Source: Alphaproteobacteria bacterium
Lineage (GTDB): Bacteria > Pseudomonadota > Alphaproteobacteria > JAUHZY01
Reading direction: 5' to 3'
Length of the DNA stretch: 64,000 nt
Assembly (NCBI GenBank): GCA_030425825.1
Contig: JAUHZY010000001.1
Location: 838,834-902,833 of the forward strand
The notes beneath the pieces were generated by a model. The model was not told the origin of the DNA and ran no database searches. It worked only from the letters and a program-made list of their open reading frames with translations. Positions 20,326-31,313 of this stretch are shown piece after piece (position 1 is the first letter of the stretch; each line of letters begins with the position of its first letter). The position numbers and the translations under genes are program-made.

Positions 20326-21192
20326 CTACAAAACTGCTTGTCGCTTCCCTTGAGGGTTAAAAGCTGTGGATTGTTCAAACAACCCCCCTCTTTGCTCTTT
20401 TAGTTGCAGGACTGACCTTTCAAGCTCTCCAAAAAAGTCGCGTGAAGAATGAGGCTTATTTGCCAGCGCAGGGTCTGGAACAAATGTCTGTTCAAATGCT
20501 AAGTTTCCCGTAGCAACATACTTACCTGGTATATCTTTGGAAAAAAACTCAGGAGGAGCAAACTGGTTAAAGGCCTCACTATCGGCACTCAACAGTTTGT
20601 CAACTGGCTGATCTGTTCGCTTGGTTGAGAAGTCTAATAAGAATTTGCAATAAGCAGGGATTGTTTTTTCTCTACCTGCGGAGATACTCTCTAGAATCGC
20701 AACATCTAACGGCAGTTTTGAACACAGAAAAAGTAACTCTAAAAGCGTTGCGCTTTTCTTAATACTTTCGCTTTCTGCACCCATACCATAAATAATCTTA
20801 CCATCAAGACGCTTCGGGCGCACCTTTTTATCAACTTTTGCAAGATCATCTCCGACAAAATATTCGATTTTTCTTGTACCACTCAAGGCCTTAACAAAGC
20901 TATTAGCCAGCTTTTTATAATAAGCGGTTGATTGCTCTACATTCAAATTTAGATGTCTGGATTTATTTATAAGAGTTAACTCAATTGCTTTAATGACCTC
21001 ATAGTCATTAGGATCATTTAACATGATCTTCTCACTCTCAACATCTTTCCTGAACTGCTCAAAAGAAGCAAAAAGATTTTGCGAAAACGTTACAATATTC
21101 ATCAGAGCACTCGTTCTAGAGAACTTTCTGAAGAAACTGTTTATGTTTCCAGCAGGGTTTAAATTAAAAAAACCATATTGTTTGCGTGCCAT
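20326..21192 (-). CDS. Hypothetical protein (288 aa)
   Basis: Long ORF divergent from lnt. No recognisable family. Confidence 0.5.
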   Translation of the reverse strand: MARKQYGFFNLNPAGNINSFFRKFSRTSALMNIVTFSQNLFASFEQFRKDVESEKIMLNDPNDYEVIKAIELTLINKSRHLNLNVEQSTAYYKKLANSFVKALSGTRKIEYFVGDDLAKVDKKVRPKRLDGKIIYGMGAESESIKKSATLLELLFLCSKLPLDVAILESISAGREKTIPAYCKFLLDFSTKRTDQPVDKLLSADSEAFNQFAPPEFFSKDIPGKYVATGNLAFEQTFVPDPALANKPHSSRDFFGELERSVLQLKEQRGGLFEQSTAFNPQGKRQAVL

Positions 21193-21315
21193 GATTTCAT
21201 TCCATATTTTTTGCTACAATCTACCCACTCGTTTCCTTATTGTCAACACAATAATAAGTTGTATTTCAATCTGTTGTTTTATGATGAGGCGTTATATGTT
21301 ATCAAGGATGCCGTC

Positions 21316-22671
21316 ATGGCTAAGAAAAACTCTCTATATGTATTTTTACTTGGAAGCTTGCTAACGCTAGGCTTTGCTCCTTTTCATTTTTGGATCACTA
21401 TTTTTTCATATATTGTTTTGCTTTTGATTCTAGAAAACAAAACAGCGCAACAAAGCTTCTTACTTGGCTGGCTATTTGGCTTAGGACACTTCACAACAAG
21501 CTTATACTGGATCGCGAATGCCCTATTGGTACCACCAGCACCTTTCAAATGGGCTGTGCCCTTTGCTATTTTTGGCCTTCCCGTCTTCATTGCACTCTTC
21601 CCCGCTTTTTGTTGTTGGATGTATAAAAAACTAAAACCCAATACCTCCTTTCAACCGCTTGTGTTCTCAACTCTTTGGGTCGTGACAGAGCTTATGCGCA
21701 GCTTCTTTTTCACAGGATTCCCCTGGAACTTAATGGGATATGTATGGCACGGCCCCGCCCTACAAGGCGCTTATATTTTCACAATATGGGGACTTAGCTT
21801 ATTTACAATGCTTTTTGCAACAAGTGGATGGCTTGTGATAAAAAAAGAATATCGGACAGCGGTCATTTATATTTTACCAATCATTTTTCTTGCAACATAC
21901 GGTCAATTACGCCTTGCAAAAACACCTATTGAATACACAGAAAAAACTGTCCGCATTGTTCAACCAAACATTCCTCAGCAAGATAAGTGGAATCGAAAGC
22001 TTGGCCCAGCACATGTAAATAAAATGCTGCGCCTTTCATATCATACACCAGCGCCTCTCAATGCGATTATTTGGCCTGAAGCCGCCTTGCGCTATACCCT
22101 CTCAACCAACCCATTATTACGACAACATATTACAAAATATTTAGATAAAAACACTTTTTTGATTACAGGGGCCATAGAGAAAAAAGGCGGACAATTCACA
22201 AACTCTGTGATTGCACTAAACAATAAAGGTAACATCATCGCACAATACGACAAATATCATCTCGTTCCTTTTGGTGAATATATTCCCTTTCAAGACTATC
22301 TGCCTCTCAAACCTCTCGCGGAGAAGCTCGGCAAAGTATCTGCAGGAAAATCACCCACAACAATGCGCTTGAACGATTTTCCTGTTTTTCAACCATTAAT
22401 TTGCTATGAAGTTATCTTCCCTGAAATCACCTTATCGCAAAAGTCTCAACTTCTGATCAATGTCACAAATGACGCTTGGTATGGAGACTCCACAGGCCCA
22501 CATCAACACTTGCAGATCGCACGCGTACGTGCGATTGAGTCTGGCACACCACTCATTCGTGTTGCGAATACAGGAATCAGTGCCGCGTTCGACGCATTGG
22601 GGCGCGAGCTGGTTAGAATTCCCTTAAACAAAGAAGGTTTTGTGGATGTAAAAATCCCAAAAGCTAAATAG
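21316..22671 (+). CDS. lnt: Apolipoprotein N-acyltransferase
   Basis: N-terminal multi-TM region plus C-terminal CN-hydrolase domain (IIWPEAAL...LICYEVIFPE). Start chosen at MAKKNS; the upstream extension to 21178 would overlap the divergent gene. Confidence 0.8.
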   Translation: MAKKNSLYVFLLGSLLTLGFAPFHFWITIFSYIVLLLILENKTAQQSFLLGWLFGLGHFTTSLYWIANALLVPPAPFKWAVPFAIFGLPVFIALFPAFCCWMYKKLKPNTSFQPLVFSTLWVVTELMRSFFFTGFPWNLMGYVWHGPALQGAYIFTIWGLSLFTMLFATSGWLVIKKEYRTAVIYILPIIFLATYGQLRLAKTPIEYTEKTVRIVQPNIPQQDKWNRKLGPAHVNKMLRLSYHTPAPLNAIIWPEAALRYTLSTNPLLRQHITKYLDKNTFLITGAIEKKGGQFTNSVIALNNKGNIIAQYDKYHLVPFGEYIPFQDYLPLKPLAEKLGKVSAGKSPTTMRLNDFPVFQPLICYEVIFPEITLSQKSQLLINVTNDAWYGDSTGPHQHLQIARVRAIESGTPLIRVANTGISAAFDALGRELVRIPLNKEGFVDVKIPKAK

Positions 22672-23659
22672 CGCCCATAACAGCCGCTGTATCCAACATG
22701 CGCACAGAAAATCCCCATTCATTATCATACCAAGCCATCACACGCACAAGATTGTCACTAACCACTTGCGTTCCCGATACATCAAAAACAGCACTATGCG
22801 GATCATGATTCAAGTCAATTGAAACAATAGGATCTGTTTCAACACTCAGAACACCTTTAAGGTCGCCCTGCGCAGCCGATGTCATAGCAGCATTAATTTC
22901 ATCGACAGAAGTTTTTTTAGAAGGCACAAAAGTCAAATCAACCAACGACACATTTGGTGCAGGAACACGTATAGCAGTACCGTCCATCTTGCCATCAAGC
23001 TCTGGCAAAACAAGGCCAACAGCCTTAGCCGCACCTGTTGTTGTTGGCACCATCGACATGGCCGCAGCACGTGCGCGACGCATATCATTATGCGTTCCAT
23101 CAACAAGGTTTTGATCCCCTGTATAAGCATGAATTGTTGTGACGAAACCCGACTCAATACCAACAGCCTGATTTAAAACATGCGCAACGGGCGCTAAACA
23201 GTTCGTCGTGCAAGATGCATTTGAAATAATTTTATGCTCTGCCGTAATTTTATTATGATTCACACCATAAACAACTGTCAGGTCAGAATTCTTCCCAGGG
23301 GCAGAAATCAGAACTTTTTTTGCACCTGCAGCTAAATATTTTGATGCACCCTCTTTGTCTTTGAATTTTCCTGTACACTCTAGTGCCACGTCAATATCAC
23401 CCCATGGCAGCTCTTCAGGGTTACGCGTCAATGTGACAGGAATTCTTTTTCCATCAATGATCAAGGCATCATCTGTGTGATCAACAGAAAACCCAAAACG
23501 TCCGTGCACAGAATCATATTTTAACAAATGCGCCATCAGCTCTGTTGAACGAGAGCCATTTATTGCAACAAGTTGAATGTCATCACGCGGATGCTCGAAA
23601 AACGCACGCACCGTAAGACGACCAATGCGACCAAAACCGTTTAAAGCAACTTTTATCAT
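22664..23659 (-). CDS. gap: Glyceraldehyde-3-phosphate dehydrogenase
   Basis: KVALNGFGRIGR...ASCTTNCLAP. Confidence 0.95.
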   Translation of the reverse strand: MIKVALNGFGRIGRLTVRAFFEHPRDDIQLVAINGSRSTELMAHLLKYDSVHGRFGFSVDHTDDALIIDGKRIPVTLTRNPEELPWGDIDVALECTGKFKDKEGASKYLAAGAKKVLISAPGKNSDLTVVYGVNHNKITAEHKIISNASCTTNCLAPVAHVLNQAVGIESGFVTTIHAYTGDQNLVDGTHNDMRRARAAAMSMVPTTTGAAKAVGLVLPELDGKMDGTAIRVPAPNVSLVDLTFVPSKKTSVDEINAAMTSAAQGDLKGVLSVETDPIVSIDLNHDPHSAVFDVSGTQVVSDNLVRVMAWYDNEWGFSVRMLDTAAVMGAI

Positions 23660-25647
23660 TTACCTAATCCTTCTAGTGCCTTTTCAACAATATTTTCTGC
23701 TGTAAACCCAAAATGCTTGTACAAATCTTCTGCCGGGCCTGATTCACCAAATGTTGTCATACCAATAACAATACCGTTTTCACCAATATAGTCACGCCAC
23801 CCCATAGGGAATGCAGCCTCGATAACAATTTTATAAGAATTATAACCAAGAACTGTTTCTTTATATTCACGCGGCTGTTCATTAAACAACTTCCAGCATG
23901 GAACTGACACGACAGCTGCGCCAATACCTTTTTCACGCAGCATTTCTTGCGCTTTCATTGCAAGAGAAACCTCTGATCCTGTTGCAATCAATGTCACCTC
24001 TCGCTTTCCTTCTGTGCCAGAAAGAATATAGGCTCCAAGCGTTGAAAGGTTTTCTTCAATATGTTGATCACGCGCAATCGGTAAGTTTTGTCGAGAAAGA
24101 ACAAGGACCGACGGCATCTTTTTTGATAGCAAAGCCAACTCCCAACATTCTGCCGTTTCAACAGCATCTGCAGGACGAAGCACCAATAAATTAGGAATCG
24201 CACGCAATGCTGCAATATGTTCAACAGGTTGATGTGTTGGACCGTCTTCACCTAGGCCAATGGAGTCATGTGTCATAACATAAATAACACGCTTTCCCAT
24301 CAAGGCTGACAAGCGAATGCCTGGTTTACAGTAGTCTGTAAACACCAAGAAAGTGCCACCATAAGGCACAATTCCACCATGTAAAGCGAGGCCATTCATA
24401 ATGGCTGACATTGCATGTTCACGCACACCATAATGCATATAGTTACCATCGTAGTCATCTTTAGAAATAGACTTAGAGACAGACGTAATCGTGTTATTTG
24501 ACCCAGATAAATCAGCAGATCCACCAACAATCTCTGGCACAAGAGGCTTCAAGACTTCTAATGCTTCGCCTGATGCTTTGCGGGTTGAAACAGCTTTCCC
24601 TGCCTTTGTAAATGATTTCTTCAAATCGATTAATGCTTCTTGCCATCCATCGGGAAGCTCACTTGAAAGTTGACGCAAAAATTCTATTTTTTGAGCCGGA
24701 TCAAGCGCATCAAGCTTTTTATTCCATTTTCCAAGATCTTTACTGTTTTTTACACCGGCTTGACGCCAATGTGACAAAATATCGTCAGGAACCTCAAAAG
24801 GCCCATGCGACCATCCAAGGTTTTTACGCGCACCTGCAATTTCATCGGCACCCAACGGCGCGCCATGTGAGCTTGCTTTACCTGCTTTGGTTGGCGCACC
24901 AAACCCTATCGTTGTTTTGCATGCGATCATTGAAGGCTTGGCCGTTTTTTGTACTTTTTTAATTGCTTTTTCAATCGCTTCTGGATCATGCCCATCAATG
25001 GCTTGAACATCCCATCCTGCAGCCTTGAAACGAGCGACTTGATCTTCAGAAGTTGCGAGCGATGTCGCGCCATCAATCGTGATTTCATTATCGTCCCAAA
25101 GAACAACCAACTTACTTAAGCCAAGATGTGACGCCAAAACAATTGCTTCTTGAGAAATTCCTTCACTAAGACAACCATCACCAGCAATGACGTATGTGTA
25201 ATGATTCACCAGGTCATCATTCCAACGCGCATTCATCACGCGCTCACCCAAGGCGAACCCAACGGCATTTGCTAAACCTTGACCTAAAGGCCCTGTTGTT
25301 GTTTCAATTCCCTTCGCATAACCATACTCAGGATGTCCTGCTGTTTTTGAATGAAGCTGACGGAATTTTTTTAAATCATCTAATGTCATATCTTCGTATC
25401 CACTTAGGTATAAAAGTGAATACATCAGCATTGATCCATGACCTGCTGAAAGAACAAAGCGATCACGATCAGGCCAGTCAGGGTCTGAAACATCAAACTT
25501 CAAAAACTTTGTGAATAAAACAGTTGCAACATCCGCCATACCCATCGGCATTCCCGGATGCCCAGACTGCGCTGCCTCTACAGCATCCATCGAAAGCGCA
25601 CGAATTGCATTTGCAAGATCATTATGTGAAACAGAATTTTTGGCCAT
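23656..25647 (-). CDS. tkt: Transketolase
   Basis: GHPGMPMGMADVA...GDGCLSEGIS.... Start probably MAKNSV. Confidence 0.95.
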   Translation of the reverse strand: MAKNSVSHNDLANAIRALSMDAVEAAQSGHPGMPMGMADVATVLFTKFLKFDVSDPDWPDRDRFVLSAGHGSMLMYSLLYLSGYEDMTLDDLKKFRQLHSKTAGHPEYGYAKGIETTTGPLGQGLANAVGFALGERVMNARWNDDLVNHYTYVIAGDGCLSEGISQEAIVLASHLGLSKLVVLWDDNEITIDGATSLATSEDQVARFKAAGWDVQAIDGHDPEAIEKAIKKVQKTAKPSMIACKTTIGFGAPTKAGKASSHGAPLGADEIAGARKNLGWSHGPFEVPDDILSHWRQAGVKNSKDLGKWNKKLDALDPAQKIEFLRQLSSELPDGWQEALIDLKKSFTKAGKAVSTRKASGEALEVLKPLVPEIVGGSADLSGSNNTITSVSKSISKDDYDGNYMHYGVREHAMSAIMNGLALHGGIVPYGGTFLVFTDYCKPGIRLSALMGKRVIYVMTHDSIGLGEDGPTHQPVEHIAALRAIPNLLVLRPADAVETAECWELALLSKKMPSVLVLSRQNLPIARDQHIEENLSTLGAYILSGTEGKREVTLIATGSEVSLAMKAQEMLREKGIGAAVVSVPCWKLFNEQPREYKETVLGYNSYKIVIEAAFPMGWRDYIGENGIVIGMTTFGESGPAEDLYKHFGFTAENIVEKALEGLGK

Positions 25648-25837
25648 TTTTTCTCTTCTTTTTTTCAAGATAAAGTGAAGGGCAAATATGACGTTATCAA
25701 CTCAAAACGTCAAGAAATTCATTGAAGAATTTTCGTCTTAGCCAACACACTGCCAACAGTGTTTTGCGATTAAAGTTCTTGCGCTTCACATTTAATCATT
25801 TAAAATAGGTTTTTTACTTAACTAGTTGATAAAAAAC

Positions 25838-26083
25838 ATGACTGCAAACACATCTCTTGATTCAGCCATACAACGCTTAAACACAGCATTGAATTCGCTT
25901 GAGAAATTAGCTGATGAAAAAATAATTCATGCTGAGACAAACTTGAAAAAAGTCAAAACTGAACTAGCAAGTACAATGAACACCAATGATGTCTTAAGAA
26001 AAAAAACATCCTCAACAATTGGCGCGCTTGACTCTATCATCAATGAAGTAGAGTCTATTCTACGCGACTCGGAGGCAAGCTAA
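25838..26083 (+). CDS. Small coiled-coil protein preceding zapA (DUF4164-like)
   Basis: 82 aa, fully helical and heptad-like. Stop overlaps zapA ATG (TAATG). Confidence 0.45.
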   Translation: MTANTSLDSAIQRLNTALNSLEKLADEKIIHAETNLKKVKTELASTMNTNDVLRKKTSSTIGALDSIINEVESILRDSEAS

Positions 26084-26412
26084 TGGCAATTGTCAGCCTG
26101 GCTCTGAATGGTAGGTCTTATCAAGTTTCGTGTGACCCTGGACAAGAAGAACGCCTACAACTTTTGGCGAAATACGTCGATGAACGTATTCGCAACAAAA
26201 TACCCGCAGGCACAGACGAACACCGCTCACTTCTCTTGATTTCTCTCATTCTTGCTGATGAACTTGTTGAAGCAAAAACGCGCATGCTTGACATTGAAGA
26301 AGATGCCATACCAGCATCAGAACAACAAAGCCGTGAGGCAAAATTAACGGAAGAAATTAATTCTTTGGCAAGTCGCATTGAAAGACTTGTACAATCCATT
26401 AATCCATCATAA
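26083..26412 (+). CDS. zapA: Cell division protein ZapA
   Basis: MAIVSLALNGRSYQVSCDPGQEERLQLLAKYVDERI matches ZapA N-terminal domain plus coiled coil. Confidence 0.8.
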   Translation: MAIVSLALNGRSYQVSCDPGQEERLQLLAKYVDERIRNKIPAGTDEHRSLLLISLILADELVEAKTRMLDIEEDAIPASEQQSREAKLTEEINSLASRIERLVQSINPS

Positions 26413-26439
26413 GCTATTCAGAGGGTGTATGCTGTGTAA

Positions 26440-26625
26440 TTTGTCTGGCGCTTAAATTTCCCAGGTCGATACGCATATCATGGGGGCCATCTCTGTCAGA
26501 ATTGCGGTTCTGTTATACGGCACCCACTTAAATTTACCGGACCGAGGTAAATAACAGCACCGACGGTTAACGTGGCGCACCTACAACTTAAGAGGGTAAG
26601 TTGCTGGCTTGACGTATCAATCAAG
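26440..26625 (+). ncRNA. ssrS: Candidate 6S RNA (ssrS)
   Basis: 250-nt ORF-free gap directly after zapA, the conserved zapA-ssrS synteny. The 5' segment (TTTCCCAGGTCGATACG) and 3' segment (CGTATCAATCAAGACAGTCTAAA) can form a long imperfect closing helix around a central bubble. Confidence 0.45.
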
Positions 26626-26661
26626 ACAGTCTAAATAAGATAAAAAAGAAGGACAAAAACA

Positions 26662-26928
26662 ATGACTCAAGATAAAAATCAAAATGTTCAAGATGTTTTC
26701 CTAAACACAATTCGCAAGCAAAAAGTTCCTGTAACAGTATTCCTTATTAATGGCGTTAAACTGCAAGGTATTATCACATGGTTTGATAACTTTTCTGTAC
26801 TTTTACGTCGTGACGCTCACTCACAACTGGTTTACAAACATGCCATTTCAACTGTCATGCCGATGCATCCAATTCAATTGTATGATGATGAACCTGTTAT
26901 TGAAGAGCAAGAGAGCGAAGAGCAGTAG
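26662..26928 (+). CDS. hfq: RNA chaperone Hfq
   Basis: [40 protein letters not shown]...YKHAIST. Confidence 0.95.
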   Translation: MTQDKNQNVQDVFLNTIRKQKVPVTVFLINGVKLQGIITWFDNFSVLLRRDAHSQLVYKHAISTVMPMHPIQLYDDEPVIEEQESEEQ

Positions 26929-26940
26929 CCCCTTCCACAC

Positions 26941-28212
26941 ATGACAGACCCTCAACCCTCTGGAAAAGCTTTTATTATTCATCCTATTTTTCCGGATGAT
27001 GCCAGCGTTCCTACGCCCGACGAAAAACTAGAAGAAGCCGTCGGGCTTAGCGCAGCGATACACCTTTCTGTTGTTGGGCAACGCATATCAAATTTAAGAA
27101 AAGTAACGCCTTCAACTATTTTCGGCAAAGGCAGCGTAAACGATATTTCTGAGGAAATAGAAGATAGCGGCGCTGACCTTGTTATTATCAACAGAGATAT
27201 TTCACCTGCACAACAACGCAACCTTGAAAAAGCTTGGCAGGTTAAAGTGATTGATCGCACAGGTCTTATTCTAGAAATTTTTGGCGAGCGTGCGGCTACA
27301 CATGAAGGTCGTCTCCAAGTTGAGCTGGCACGTTTAGACTATGAACGCTCTAGGCTGATCAGGACGTGGACACACTTAGAGCGACAGCGTGGTGGTACAG
27401 GGTTTTTAGCTGGGCCAGGAGAAAGTCAATTAGAGATTGACCGACGCCTTCTTAACGGACGCATCTCAAGAATTAAAAAGGACCTAGAAAAAGTAAAGAA
27501 AACCCGCAACCTCCACCGACAAAACAGACAAGCTGTTCCCTTCCCTGTTATCGCGCTTGTTGGTTATACAAATGCTGGAAAATCAACACTCTTCAACCAG
27601 CTGACAGGGGCAAAAGTTTTCGCAAAAGATTTATTATTCGCAACACTGGACCCAACAATGCGCGCGATTAGACTTCCCAACAGTGGTAAAGTTATTCTTT
27701 CTGATACAGTTGGTTTTATTTCCGATCTCCCAACACAGCTTATTGCCGCATTTCGGGCAACCCTTGAAGAAGTAGAGCAGGCAGAGTTAATCTTACACAT
27801 ACAAGATGCCTCTTCTGAAACAGCAGAAGAACAAGCAAAGGCAGTTGAAGAGATCTTAAAAAACATGGATGTTCCAGCCCCTATTTTTAATGTCTATAAT
27901 AAAATTGACCTTCTCTCGGCAGAAGAACAAGAGGCCCTGCAAAACAAATGTACAGGCAAAGAGAAAATGATCAGCATTTCTGCGCAAACAGGCAAAAATG
28001 TAAATGCCCTTTTAAAGAACATTGAGCAAGCTCTTTCAAAAAACAAAACACTTGTTAAATATGATGTCGCATCATCAAATGGGAAAGAAATTGCTTGGGC
28101 CCATGCACATGGGCACATCGTCGATATCACAGAAGATGAAGGCACTACACACTTGCAAGTCTTATATGATGCAAAAAATCATCAGCTCTTAAAAAAACGC
28201 ATCAAGATATAA
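26941..28212 (+). CDS. hflX: GTPase HflX
   Basis: G1 GYTNAGKST, G3 DTVGF. hfq-hflX synteny. Confidence 0.9.
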   Translation: MTDPQPSGKAFIIHPIFPDDASVPTPDEKLEEAVGLSAAIHLSVVGQRISNLRKVTPSTIFGKGSVNDISEEIEDSGADLVIINRDISPAQQRNLEKAWQVKVIDRTGLILEIFGERAATHEGRLQVELARLDYERSRLIRTWTHLERQRGGTGFLAGPGESQLEIDRRLLNGRISRIKKDLEKVKKTRNLHRQNRQAVPFPVIALVGYTNAGKSTLFNQLTGAKVFAKDLLFATLDPTMRAIRLPNSGKVILSDTVGFISDLPTQLIAAFRATLEEVEQAELILHIQDASSETAEEQAKAVEEILKNMDVPAPIFNVYNKIDLLSAEEQEALQNKCTGKEKMISISAQTGKNVNALLKNIEQALSKNKTLVKYDVASSNGKEIAWAHAHGHIVDITEDEGTTHLQVLYDAKNHQLLKKRIKI

Positions 28213-28351
28213 TCCTTTTTCTACCTCCCCAAAGAACCTCGCTGTTAGAATGTTATCAGGTTAGCGACATCGCTATTTCTTTACGGCATTTCAAAATAGA
28301 AGTTCCTTCATTGCAGCAAAATCGCTCATAAATTATTATGGGTTAATAAAG

Positions 28352-28828
28352 ATGACACAAGATATCGGACAAGCACCTGACTTTGAAGAAACACCTTCTG
28401 AGATTTTTATTAAGAACTTTTTGCACATTGAAAAGAAAATGGAATGCGCACTTGAAGCGATGGATGACTTTGTTGACGCCATGCAAAGAAAAGAGCATCA
28501 GCTAAATGACCTTGCTCTTTTAATTAAAGAGTTTGAAGGGTGTGGCAATTCTTACAGAAAAATGAACCGAATCATGAACAGCGATGCTTATATTCGTCGC
28601 GACTTTCAGCGCTTCATTCATGGACAGTCTTTTTATCGCAGCGGCCTGAAAGAGGCTGGGTTTGAAGGCCTAATAAAAGATCCAGGAAAGCTCCTTCTTC
28701 TAAACCATGATACAGCCAAAAATATTACGAAACAGCTTTACTCTATCCAAGATTCTCTGAAAAAACTTCAACACAAAAACAGCTTTACGCCACAGTTTCT
28801 GCACCTTGAAAAAGACAAGAAAGATTAA
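28352..28828 (+). CDS. Hypothetical protein (158 aa)
   Basis: ORF with no recognisable family. Confidence 0.45.
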   Translation: MTQDIGQAPDFEETPSEIFIKNFLHIEKKMECALEAMDDFVDAMQRKEHQLNDLALLIKEFEGCGNSYRKMNRIMNSDAYIRRDFQRFIHGQSFYRSGLKEAGFEGLIKDPGKLLLLNHDTAKNITKQLYSIQDSLKKLQHKNSFTPQFLHLEKDKKD

Positions 28829-30627
28829 TCGTCGCTGATTTTTAAGGCACTAATAAGCGCTGACTGAGGAATTTCAACATTCCCGAACTGCCTCATACGC
28901 TTCTTACCTTTTTTCTGCTTATCAAGCAATTTGCGCTTACGACTGACATCACCACCATAACATTTCGCCGTAACATCCTTGCGCAGTGCGCTAACTGTTT
29001 CACGAGCGACAACTTTCCCACCAATGGCAGCTTGAATAGCAATCTTGAACATTTGCTTGGGTATCAAGTCCTTCAACTTACCACAAATAGCACGCCCTCT
29101 AGTCTCTGCAGAATCTCTAAACACCACCATTGCAAGTGCATCAACAGGCTCAGAGTTTACCAAAATATCAAGCTTCACAAGATGCCCTGGACGATAGCTA
29201 TCAATGCTGTATTCAAAGCTTGCATAACCACGCGTGACAGATTTAAGGCGATCATAAAAGTCAAAAACGACCTCGTTCAATGGCAAACGATAAACTGCCA
29301 TCGCACGATTCCCGACATATGTTAAATCCATTTGCTCTCCGCGACGCTCTGTACAAAGCGTCAACACAGCACCTAGATACTCATCTGGAACCATAATTGT
29401 TGCTTTAATCCAAGGCTCTTCTATACGTTCAATTTTAACAACGTCTGGTAAATCATTCGGGTTATGCAACTCGATCTTTTCACCACTGTTCATATAGACA
29501 TGATAAACCACAGAAGGCGCCGTCGTGATCAACTCAATATTGAATTCTCGCTCAAGACGCTCTTGAATAATTTCCAGGTGCAAAAGCCCCAAGAAACCAC
29601 AACGAAAACCAAGCCCCAAAGCCGTCGAACTCTGTGGTTCCGCCTCAAAACTAGCATCATTCAACGCTAGCTTATCGATTGAATCACGCAACATGTCATA
29701 CTCACCCGCATCAATTGGGAATAAACCACAAAAAACGACAGGCACACTGGGCTTAAATCCTGACAACACTTCTGCTGCAGGATTTTTCTCATGCGTAATC
29801 GTATCACCAACTTTACAGTCCGCAATTTTTTTCAAGCCACATGTAATAAAGCCCATCTCACCAGGGCCCAACGCCTCAACCTTAAGAGGTTTTGGCGAAA
29901 AAACACCCACTTGATCGACTTGATAGTTACTTCCTGTTGCCATAAATTTTATTTTTTCATTCGGCTTAATTTTACCATCAATCACACGAATCAAAATCAC
30001 AACGCCCAAGTAAACGTCATACCAGCTATCAACTAGTAAAGCTTTTAGGGGACCTTCAACATCACCATGAGGCGCAGGAAGCTTCGTAACAATTGCTTCT
30101 AAAACATCTTCTATACCCAATCCCGTTTTTGCCGATATTTCGACAGCTTCGCTCGTATCAAGACCAACAACATCTTCTATTTGCTGCTTAATACGTGCCG
30201 GTTCAGCGGCAGGAAGATCAATTTTATTAAGAACTGGAATAATTTCATGGTCATTTTCAATTGCTTGGTAAACATTTGCAAGCGTTTGTGCCTCAACACC
30301 TTGACTTGCGTCAACAACAAGCAAGGACCCCTCACAAGCTGCAAGCGAGCGAGAAACCTCATAGGCAAAGTCAACATGCCCTGGTGTATCCATCAAATTG
30401 AGATAATACGTCTCTCCATCACTGGCCTTATAAGTCAGGCGAACAGTTTGCGCCTTAATCGTAATACCGCGCTCACGCTCTAGATCCATCGAGTCTAGAA
30501 CCTGCGCCGTCATTTCGCGATCGCTTAAGCCACCACACATTTGGATCAAACGGTCTGCCAAGGTCGACTTGCCATGATCAATATGTGCAATAATAGAAAA
30601 GTTGCGTATTTTACTTAGATCAGTCAT
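28825..30627 (-). CDS. lepA: Elongation factor 4
   Basis: [20 protein letters not shown]...DTPGHVDF.... Start taken at MTDLSK. Confidence 0.95.
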   Translation of the reverse strand: MTDLSKIRNFSIIAHIDHGKSTLADRLIQMCGGLSDREMTAQVLDSMDLERERGITIKAQTVRLTYKASDGETYYLNLMDTPGHVDFAYEVSRSLAACEGSLLVVDASQGVEAQTLANVYQAIENDHEIIPVLNKIDLPAAEPARIKQQIEDVVGLDTSEAVEISAKTGLGIEDVLEAIVTKLPAPHGDVEGPLKALLVDSWYDVYLGVVILIRVIDGKIKPNEKIKFMATGSNYQVDQVGVFSPKPLKVEALGPGEMGFITCGLKKIADCKVGDTITHEKNPAAEVLSGFKPSVPVVFCGLFPIDAGEYDMLRDSIDKLALNDASFEAEPQSSTALGLGFRCGFLGLLHLEIIQERLEREFNIELITTAPSVVYHVYMNSGEKIELHNPNDLPDVVKIERIEEPWIKATIMVPDEYLGAVLTLCTERRGEQMDLTYVGNRAMAVYRLPLNEVVFDFYDRLKSVTRGYASFEYSIDSYRPGHLVKLDILVNSEPVDALAMVVFRDSAETRGRAICGKLKDLIPKQMFKIAIQAAIGGKVVARETVSALRKDVTAKCYGGDVSRKRKLLDKQKKGKKRMRQFGNVEIPQSALISALKISDD

Positions 30628-30671
30628 AAAGGGAAATGTATGATGAATATGCCTATGACGCAAGGGAAACG

Positions 30672-31313
30672 ATGAGTATTCAAGTCAAAATATGTGGTCT
30701 TAAAGATGAAAAAACACTTCGTGCAGCAATTGATGCTGGTGCAGATTATGTTGGATTTGTTTTTTATCCTAAATCTCCAAGAAGTATTATGTATCAAACA
30801 GCTGCAAAACTTGGCACAATGGTCCCAACTTCCATTAAGAAAGTCGCGCTGATAGTTGATGCAACTGATCAAGAAATATCACAAATTATGAGCTCTTTGT
30901 TACCAGACTTCCTACAATTGCACGGCGCTGAGTCTGAAGATAGAATAGTAGAAATAAAAAAAACTTACCCAAACATAAAAATTATCAAAGCGGTTAATGT
31001 CGCTGAACAATCTGATCTTGAAGCTGCGCAAAAGTTTTTCAATTGTGCTGATATGATGCTTTTTGATGCAAAGCATAGTGGCCAAGACCTGCCGGGCGGA
31101 AATGGTGTCCCTTTCGACTGGGAAGTCTTAAAAGATTTTGATTGCCCTCTTCCATGGATGCTTGCTGGTGGACTTAGGGTCGAAAACATTGCTCAAGCCA
31201 TCAAAATGACACGCTGTAAAATTATTGATGTTTCATCAGGCGTTGAAAGCGCACCTGGAGAAAAAGATATCAAAAAGATTAAGGCGTTTGTGGAAGCTGT
31301 ATCCCTTCTCTAA
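30672..31313 (+). CDS. trpF: Phosphoribosylanthranilate isomerase
   Basis: VKICGL...[16 protein letters not shown]...LAGGL. Confidence 0.85.
   Translation: MSIQVKICGLKDEKTLRAAIDAGADYVGFVFYPKSPRSIMYQTAAKLGTMVPTSIKKVALIVDATDQEISQIMSSLLPDFLQLHGAESEDRIVEIKKTYPNIKIIKAVNVAEQSDLEAAQKFFNCADMMLFDAKHSGQDLPGGNGVPFDWEVLKDFDCPLPWMLAGGLRVENIAQAIKMTRCKIIDVSSGVESAPGEKDIKKIKAFVEAVSLL

Noticed and set aside
21178-21315. N-terminal extension of lnt
   Set aside because: Would overlap the divergent upstream gene start. Lnt alignment begins near MAKKNS.
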